From the NCBI GenBank assembly GCA_951406725.2, contig OX597820.1:91450001-91514000 (forward strand): 64,000 nucleotides of DNA, given 5' to 3'. The translations under genes were made by a program, and so were the position numbers. This DNA comes from Octopus vulgaris. Taxonomy: Eukaryota. This document shows positions 56,358 to 64,000 of the stretch, piece by piece. A model generated the notes under the pieces. That model was not told the origin of the DNA. It worked only from the letters and a program-made list of their open reading frames with translations, and did not search any database. Positions within the stretch are counted from its first letter, which is position 1, and each line of letters opens with the position of its first letter.

Positions 56358-57578
56358 TCAGGTCATCCCATAAGTTCTGTCCGATCTTACCTTTTTTAAA
56401 ACTGAATGAAATCTAATAGTATTTCAGAATGTCTAATGGAATTAAATATTATTTTTATGCATTTGTGTACATTTAAACTAATTAAAAATTATTTTGAAGA
56501 ATAATAGAATTAAATTTCTTTGATTAAAACCCTTTCTAACATGAAAGTATCCAAAGAGCATTTAAGGCACATAATGCTTTACGAGTACAAAAAAGGAAAC
56601 TGCAGCCGAAGCGACTCGAAACATACACTCAGTTTATGGGCAAGAATGCTTGACTGAAAGAACTTGCTGAAGACGGTTTGCAAAATTCAAAAGTGGAGAT
56701 TTCAGTCTTAAAGATGAAGATCGAACGGGACCTCCAGTTGAGTTTGGTGATAAGCTCCTTGAGGCATTACTTGAAGAAAATCCTGCATTATCAGTTGACG
56801 AATTGGCAATAAAGCTTAGTTCAAACCATACAACTGGTTTCCTAAACTTGGAAAATGGGTGCCTCATGAATTGTCCGAAAGCAACCGCAAATCCCAAATT
56901 GACATCTGCTCTTCTCTCTATTGTCGCGGACGAAAAATGGATCCTCTATTGAAATGTTAAACGAAGTAAGCAGTGGCTTGGTAAAAGGGAAAAGGCTTAA
57001 CCACACCCGAGAAGGGAAATTCATGGGGAAAAAGGTTATCCTCTGGATCTAGTGGGATTGCAAAGGGGCAATTCACTTTGAATTGTTACCACTTAATGCA
57101 ACAATCAATGCTCAAGTCTACTGTCAGCAATTAGAGCGTTTGAATCAAGCTTTGAAAAAAAAAAAGACCCGCTTTAGTGAATCGAAAAGGAGTGATGTTT
57201 CATCAGAACAATGCGCAGCCCCACACTGCAATCATCACATTACAGAAGATCGAAGGCTTCGATTAGGAAAAAATTCCTCATCCACCTTATTGCCCCGACG
57301 TTGCTCCTTCAGACTACTATTTGTTTCGTAGTTTACAGAATAATTTGGGGGACATAACTTTCGCAAACCAGGAGGAGGTCGAAACTGACACTTCAGAGTT
57401 CTTCGCTTAGAAACCAGATGAATTTTACATTGATGGGATTAAAAAGCCCGTAAAAAGATGGAAGGAAGTCATAGATAATCAAGAAAAGTACATTCATGAT
57501 TAAATTTCAAATAAATATAATATTTGATCACTTGTTTTCTTCGTTCAAAATTCGGACAGAATTTATGTGATGACCTGA
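56358..57578 (+). mobile_element. Full-length mariner (DD34D) element with TIRs, inactive
   Basis: TA|TCAGGTCATCCCATAAGTTCTGTCCGA ... TCGGACAGAATTTATGTGATGACCTGA|TA (27-bp TIRs, 2 mismatches). The broken ORF at 56541-57503 reads MKVSKEHLRHIMLYEYKKG, GKWVPHEL, DEKWILY and HPPYCPDVAPSDYYLF. Confidence 0.95.
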
Positions 57579-57819
57579 TATGTGCTTACTCTCCATTAAT
57601 TTTTTGTCAGTTGTGAAAACCACCGACACTTGAACTAATTGTAAATCCCATTGAATGAATGCAGTTTTCTTTCCTAAGTATTTCACATCCGTGTCAACTT
57701 TCGCATACATGCATATATTTTAGATTCTCTGTAACTTGTATCATATTTCTAGTGTATATAAGTTTAAACAATGAAGCGTTATTTTTGAGTTTTATAAGGG
57801 TTCGCATGTTAAAAGATAG

Positions 57820-58115
57820 ACGTGTTTGGCTTAGTTAGATTTATCTCACAATTGCAAGGTCATGCACTCCATTCCCGTTGACCCGTCATATCCTTTATTT
57901 CACGTTGCTCCAGTCCACCGGCAAATATGACATGTACTTGTAATTCAAAGACCCAACCTTATCACATTCTGATTGATGCTGAACCCTCCTGAGAATTAAG
58001 TTAAGTGTACGCGTGTATGTGGAGTGCTCAACCACTTTCATATTAATTGTGCAAGCAGGTTATCCTGCTGATCAGATCATTCGAAACAATCGTCACCTTA
58101 ACTGACACAGTGCCA
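57820..58115 (+). mobile_element. SINE family A, diverged
   Basis: TTTATTTCACGTTGCTCCAGTCCAC...GAGTGCTCAACCACT...TAACTGACACAGTGCC is colinear with 6734-7020. Confidence 0.75.
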
Positions 58116-58709
58116 GTAAGAGATAGATGTAAGCAGTTGAACTACTGCTGATTCAATAGACCTGCTTTATGACACAACACTATTTAGACTGCTGGCCATT
58201 TTCCTACACGTTAGACCAGAACACGCAATCGTATTTAATTTCGTATAATGCTTGCATGGATAATGTGTCGCAGAGAATGCATAGTCGATTTATTTGAACC
58301 CGATTATATATCATCTCTCAAAGAATGCATCCGATAATTAGACATCTACCACTACAACATATTAATGCATTACTACCGATTACAGCATAGTCTAATTTGT
58401 TCAACAAGGCCTCCGCATGGAGGTACACCAGAATAAAATAGGAATCAAAGGGGTTCATAGGTAGAAAAATAGTTGAGAAACCCTGATGAAAGTGTAAGAT
58501 TAATTTTTCCCTCAGATAGAGGGTCAATTTATCCAATGCTTATTTGCTTCCGTTATTGGCAGTATGTTTTGGTGAACGACATCGAAAAACATTATGATAG
58601 ATTTCCTAGCCCCCAGAAACTACTGTTGCTTATATACATATGCATGCATTTATATTCATAAACACACACACACACATATACACATATATAAATCGTGTAT
58701 CTATATCTC

Positions 58710-58794
<85 letters not shown>

Positions 58795-59095
58795 ACACAT
58801 ACGCATACACACACACACACAAACACACACAAATATATATCTTTAATCTCTTTTTCTATTTTTACTTGTTTCCGTCATTTGATCTGTGGCATTAAGATGG
58901 TGTTCTGTTGCTATTTAATTGTTTTAACTCTTATTTCTAGGAACGCTTAGTACTCTCTATCACTTTAGTGACGTCTATAATTTCGCATTTTGGTAGTTAA
59001 ATTTGTAAAAGCCAACCATATCATTTGTATGTATATATATATATGTGTGTGTGTGTGTGTATGAATATATATGTGTTTGTGTGTGTGTGTGTATA

Positions 59096-59871
59096 CAGGT
59101 TGTGACAGGTAAATTGTCACCATGTAATATTCTTTATTTTGCGCATGCTCATTGCTTGCTTTGGATTTAGTCAACTACATAGTAAGTAGGGTCAGCTGGG
59201 CGCCATCTGTGAGAAAAACAGCACAATGACAAAGTTCAATTGTCAATAATTTGGAAACGACATGTACTGCTTGGCATTTCCGCCGAAAGCTCCAATACGA
59301 ACAATTCATGGTGTTTGCGTGTCAATCTGAAGGCAGTGCATGTATTGAGAGTTTTAAAAATCAGACATCAAGTCATGGTGTTTGGAGTGATCACTGGTGA
59401 TGGCAACGTTATGCATCCACATGGCCTTAGACTCAACACGGAAGCCTACATCAAGTGACTGGAAGAGGTAGTGCCGCCTTGGGTCAATAGGGTGAAAGAC
59501 CTTGTATCTGGCAACAAGATGCAGCGTCATACCACACAGGTCTAGGGAACCACATCACCCCTAACATTTGGCCACTTAACTCCCTAGACTGCAACACCCT
59601 TGATTATCATGTGTAGGTCGCAGTTGAGTGTGAGACCAACAAAACTCCATGTAACACCATAGATGAACTGAATACAAGGATTATGGTAGCTTTCACCAAC
59701 TTAAACAGGGAGGCCGTCCAGAAGAGTTGAAGCTAAAATGGTTGAAGCTAAAATAGATTTTATTCAATGTTATTTTTTTATGTAATTTTGGTATATATAT
59801 TTATTAAAATCAGATGCAATTGTTATTTTCGTTTGTGCATAACTAGGCAGCAGTTCATTCACCGCACCCTG
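59096..59871 (+). mobile_element. Internally deleted Tc1/mariner element, maT (DD37D)-like
   Basis: Degenerate TIRs TA|CAGGTTGTGAC...CCGCACCCTG|TA. Peptides VMVFGVITGDG, LNTEAYIK, IWQQDAASYHT and IWPLNSLDCNTLDY (cf. WPPxSPDxNPLDY). Confidence 0.8.
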
Positions 59872-59887
59872 TATATACATACATGGT

Positions 59888-59920
<33 letters not shown>

Positions 59921-59924
59921 TAAA

Positions 59925-60590
59925 ATAATATCAATTTAAAGGTCACAGTTTTCTCAACATAAAAAAAATATTAGTAACGCCTTAATATATGTATTGTGAC
60001 CTTTAAATAAATAATTATTGTTTCTCACCAAATGGTGTACTTTTTTTGTTGAATTTTCTATCACGGATCTGTACGTTGTATACCTCCTAACGTTGGCTTT
60101 TCACTGCAAATTCATAACTGCCATGTGATTGGCGTGATTGCTTTGTTAATTTGAGTGACTCTTAATATTCAACCAAGTTATGGATATTTATACCATATGG
60201 ATTACTCCACTAAGAATATAGCTACACCACCAAATAAACTATATCACGGGATACAAGATCTCGTGAAATGGATGCGATGGAAAGCTTTATTTTTTTGATT
60301 TGAGATAATCGTCTTCATATAGAGAACGTTATGATTTAAAGACACGTAAATACCCTCCTATTGTTAAAGCTTTACATTTTTTTAATTTTAGTTTCTGGTT
60401 TCGTTTTCCATTGTTTACTGTCTACGTTCTCTATATGCTGCCTGAAGAATATGTATGAGATTTTTCAAAACATGAAACTATTTGTAGCGCTTTAAGACAT
60501 GTATTGTGACCTTTAAATAAATAATAAATAATCTTTATCTCTCACCAGGTGGAGTACTTTGTTAGTTGAAGTTTCTATCACTGATCAGTA
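59925..60590 (+). mobile_element. PLE pseudo-LTR / retrozyme-like element with terminal direct repeats
   Basis: A direct repeat of about 85 bp (ATGTATTGTGACCTTTAAATAAATAAT...CTATCAC.GATC.GTAC) lies at 59989-60074 and 60499-60591. A short inverted copy ATTTAAAGGTCACA sits at about 59934-59947. A hammerhead lies just before the second repeat. Confidence 0.7.
60439..60489 (+). ncRNA. Minimal type I hammerhead ribozyme, canonical core
   Basis: TGC-CTGAAGA-AT-ATGT.TGA-gatttt-TCA..ACAT-GAAAC-TATTT-GTA-GCG. Stem I is TGC/GCG and the site is GUA. Confidence 0.7.
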
Positions 60591-60597
60591 CATATAT

Positions 60598-60863
60598 ATA
60601 CGACGGGCCTCCTTCAGTTTCTGTGTACCAAATCCACACAAAAGCCCTTCGCAGGCCCGAGGCTATAGTAGAAGACGCTGGAACTAGAAGTCACGCACAG
60701 GACTGAACCTGGAATGTATAGTAATAAACTTGCTTCCCAACCACGTGGTTCCGGATTCACTCCCACTACGCGGCACCTTGGGACAGTGTCTTCTACTATA
60801 TAGCCTCGGCCGGCCAAATCCTTTGAGTATATTTGGTAGGTATAAACTGAAAGAAGCCCGTCG

Positions 60864-60923
<60 letters not shown>

Positions 60924-61130
60924 TGCGCGCGTGTTTGTGTCTGTGTTTGTACCCCCACTGTCGCTTGACAAGCAATGTTGTGTTTACGTCTCCGTCAATT
61001 GGAAGTTCGACAAAAGGCCGATAGAATAAATACTAGGCTTAAAAACAATAAGTCCTAAAGTTGATTTGTTCGCCGAAGGTCGGTGCTCCAGCGTGGCCGC
61101 AGTCAAAATTACTAAAACAAGTAAAAGAAT
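60598..61130. mobile_element. Two SINE family C copies head-to-head (about 60598-60712 minus, partial; about 60715-61130 plus)
   Basis: TACGACGGGC..TTCAGTTTC...GAGGCTATAGTAGAAGAC is the reverse complement of GTCTTCTACTATATAGCCTC...AAACTGAAAGAAGCCCGTCGTA in the adjacent copy. Confidence 0.85.
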
Positions 61131-61257
61131 ATTGAACGCATCCTAAATATTGGAATTTTACATCAGATAATACGTGTACTATGCAAAGTATATTTTCATA
61201 TACTTTACAACTCTTATTTCAAAGCATATGTATATCTATATATATATATTTATATGT

Positions 61258-61455
61258 ATTTCTTTACTACCCACAAGGGGCTAAACACAGCCGGGACAAA
61301 GAAGGACAGACAAACGGATTAAGTCGATTATATCGACCCCGAAAGGATGAAAGGCAAAGTCGACCTCGGCGGAATTTGAACTCGGAACGTGACGACAGAC
61401 GAAATACAGCAACGCATTTTGCCCAGCGTGCTAACGTTTCTGCCAGCTCGCCGCC
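61258..61455 (-). mobile_element. SINE family D with an internal deletion
   Basis: Head and tail are complete. The AGTGCGTAACTGGTACTT segment seen in other copies between the two ATCGACCCC-like repeats is missing. Confidence 0.9.
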
Positions 61456-61459
61456 CTTT

Positions 61460-61523
<64 letters not shown>

Positions 61524-61530
61524 TATATGT

Positions 61531-61562
<32 letters not shown>

Positions 61563-62073
61563 CTAGATGTGTGTACATATATGTATGTGTATAGACGTAC
61601 GCGCGCGCACACTCACGCGCACGCACGCACACACACATCTGTATTCATAGCGTACTGTAGTAATATAAAAAAAAATTGGAAATGTAGCACTTGTAAGATA
61701 TCTTGCATTCTCTTACAGCTGCTAATTATATTGCATTGATTATATGTGGCCCATAATTTAATTTAGCATTTATTTAAAATGTATGCTGGTAGAAGTGAAA
61801 ATATATTCTCTAACTCAATCTTCCTTTGAAAATGTGCTATATATTACCACATGCCGTACAAAGGCTTGTTGAACGAGGTATATGTTACCCTTTTTCTGTT
61901 TTCTTTCCGCTCTGCCACTTTCTTTCTCTCTTTCGCATATATATTCACTCGTTTTACCCTTTTCAATTGAGGCCATAACTCTGGTGTTGAAAGACGTATA
62001 TCTGGAGTATACTGAGGCTTATTTTTGAAAAATAATGAAGACCACTTTAAAAAAAAAACAACTTTCCAATATA

Positions 62074-62494
62074 TATTTCTTTTCTACCCACAGGGGGGGG
62101 GGGCTAAACATAGAGGGGGCAAACAAGGACAGACAAAGGGATTAGGTGATTACATCGATCCCAGTGAGAAACTGGTACTTTATTTATTGACCTCGAAAGG
62201 ATGAAAGGCTAAGTCGACCTCGGCGGAATTTGAACTGAGAACGTAACGACAGACGAAATGCCTATTTCTTTACTACTCACAGGGGGCTAAACACAGAGAG
62301 GACAAACAAGGACAGGGAAACGGATTAGGTCGATTATATCAACCGCAGTGCGTAACTGGTACTTGATTTATCGAGCCCGAAATGATGAAAGGCAAAGTCG
62401 ACCTCGGCGGAATTTGAACTCAGAACGTAACGACAGACGAAATACCGCTAAGCATTTCGACCGGCGCGTAACGTTTCTGCCAGCTCGCCGCCTT
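62074..62494 (-). mobile_element. Dimeric SINE family D insertion with a 17-bp TSD
   Basis: A full monomer (62263-62492) is joined to a head-truncated monomer (62074-62262). The pair is flanked by AACAACTTTCCAATATA at 62057-62073 and 62495-62511. Confidence 0.9.
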
Positions 62495-64000
62495 AACAAC
62501 TTTCCAATATAGTAAACAGAGGCGACATATGTCTACAAACTTTTACCTACTTTGCATACCTTTAACATAAAATGTTTCTAGTTATCAAGCCATATAAGTT
62601 ATATTCAACTTATACGCAATAAAATTATGAAATGAATACCTATCAAAATAACTGGTATCAGATCTATCAAGCATACATTACGTATACTAACGTACAACTC
62701 CAAATAACTTGTAATAAATATATGCATGTAAATATTGAAGGAGTTTTGATTTTAAAGTATTGAAACATTAGAACTGGAACACGTTATTCGGTTACATTAA
62801 ATTATAATGAAAGAATGATTTTTCACAATTGACTGAAGAATCTTTTCCAACAATCAAATCGAATAATTTAATCGTCAATCAGTGGAATATTTTCATTGAT
62901 AATTGCAGTTTCCAAGATTGAAAATAATGGATCCACACAACCATAATAATTTCCACGCTCTACACACCTTCAAATGATTATGAAGTTCATATTTGTGAAA
63001 ATTCAACGATGTAGCTGCAAATGTATATCTTAGATAAGCTTAAAAGGCATTCCGACAAAAACTTGAATTTTATATTTTACAATATGAAACATGCTATTTC
63101 ATTAATTATGTCTAGAAATATGTGTTCGATCTTATATTAACTATACAATAGGAACTATCATGCATAATGTTGTGTCAGAAAAATTTTAGTTAAAGAGTTT
63201 TCTTTGAAATTAGTACACAAAACTCCCAGTGAGAGTGTTTCGAACATAACGAGAATCAAAGCAGATTCTTTGTAAACGGACACTCAATCAAGTATTTTTT
63301 GGAAAAATATAGACGACACAAAAGATAGTGGATTTTCTTCTTTCTTTAAAATGCATGTTTGAGCCATATCAGATCTACTCAGCAAATCATAATTTACTCA
63401 TTTTCCAAGACTTAGTGATCTGTGTAACTATAAACAGAACACATGATTTAACTTTAATTATAAACACCACGAGTATATCCAAGGGAAATTTCCTCAAATG
63501 ACCGTTCATTTTAATAATCAAACATCTCAGATAAGTAATCTCACAAATCGAACATTGATTCGTGCTATCACTAAATAAATGATTCTAATGCAAAAACACC
63601 ACTGTAAGAGGAACTGTATTTTGGTAATAAAATACAAACTCTAAAGAACTTCATAATCACATGTGTAATATACAGAACATTCTCGATGATTACAAATTGT
63701 CTTTCAATAAATATATTTAGATTTAAAAGAAAAAGTAAAATCAAGCATTATTAGCAACGTAAAATGTTAACACGCCCATAAGAAAAATTATGAAAGAAAA
63801 TATAAACCAGTTGGCCGTGGGCAACACCCATAAAACCAGCTCAAAATTTCCAATCAAGTGAAATAAATAAAATAACAAATCACATCAATAAATACAGCAA
63901 TTTTCAACTGACGATTAAGGTCACGTGAAATGCAAGTTGCTAGAACGGAACTCAGTTTTAATAAGCCATACATTCCGCAATGAATACTTGTTGTCATTTC

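Overview
AT-rich eukaryotic genomic DNA packed with microsatellites and decayed transposons. The SINE families and repeat style point to a coleoid cephalopod, most likely Octopus (inference). I found one host exon: 137 nt at 25304-25440 (+), encoding part of the N-terminus of an alpha-carbonic anhydrase of the CA-related (CA10/CARP-X-like) type. I could not find neighbouring exons, so most of the window is probably intron. Mobile DNA includes four tRNA-derived SINE families and Penelope-like retroelements (PLEs): one near-complete RT+GIY-YIG copy, one GIY-YIG 3' fragment and several solo pseudo-LTRs. It also has R4/Dong LINEs, CR1 and RTE tails, a full-length mariner, a maT-like element, a Tigger/pogo relic, a Chapaev3-like relic and three Helitron pieces. 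The most notable signal is seven minimal hammerhead-ribozyme motifs in PLE-type repeats, two with a compensatory U3-A8 core. One PLE pseudo-LTR also carries a tRNA-like head upstream of its ribozyme. Most entries in the ORF track are microsatellite artefacts. All calls were made by eye without database searches, and boundaries of degraded elements are approximate.
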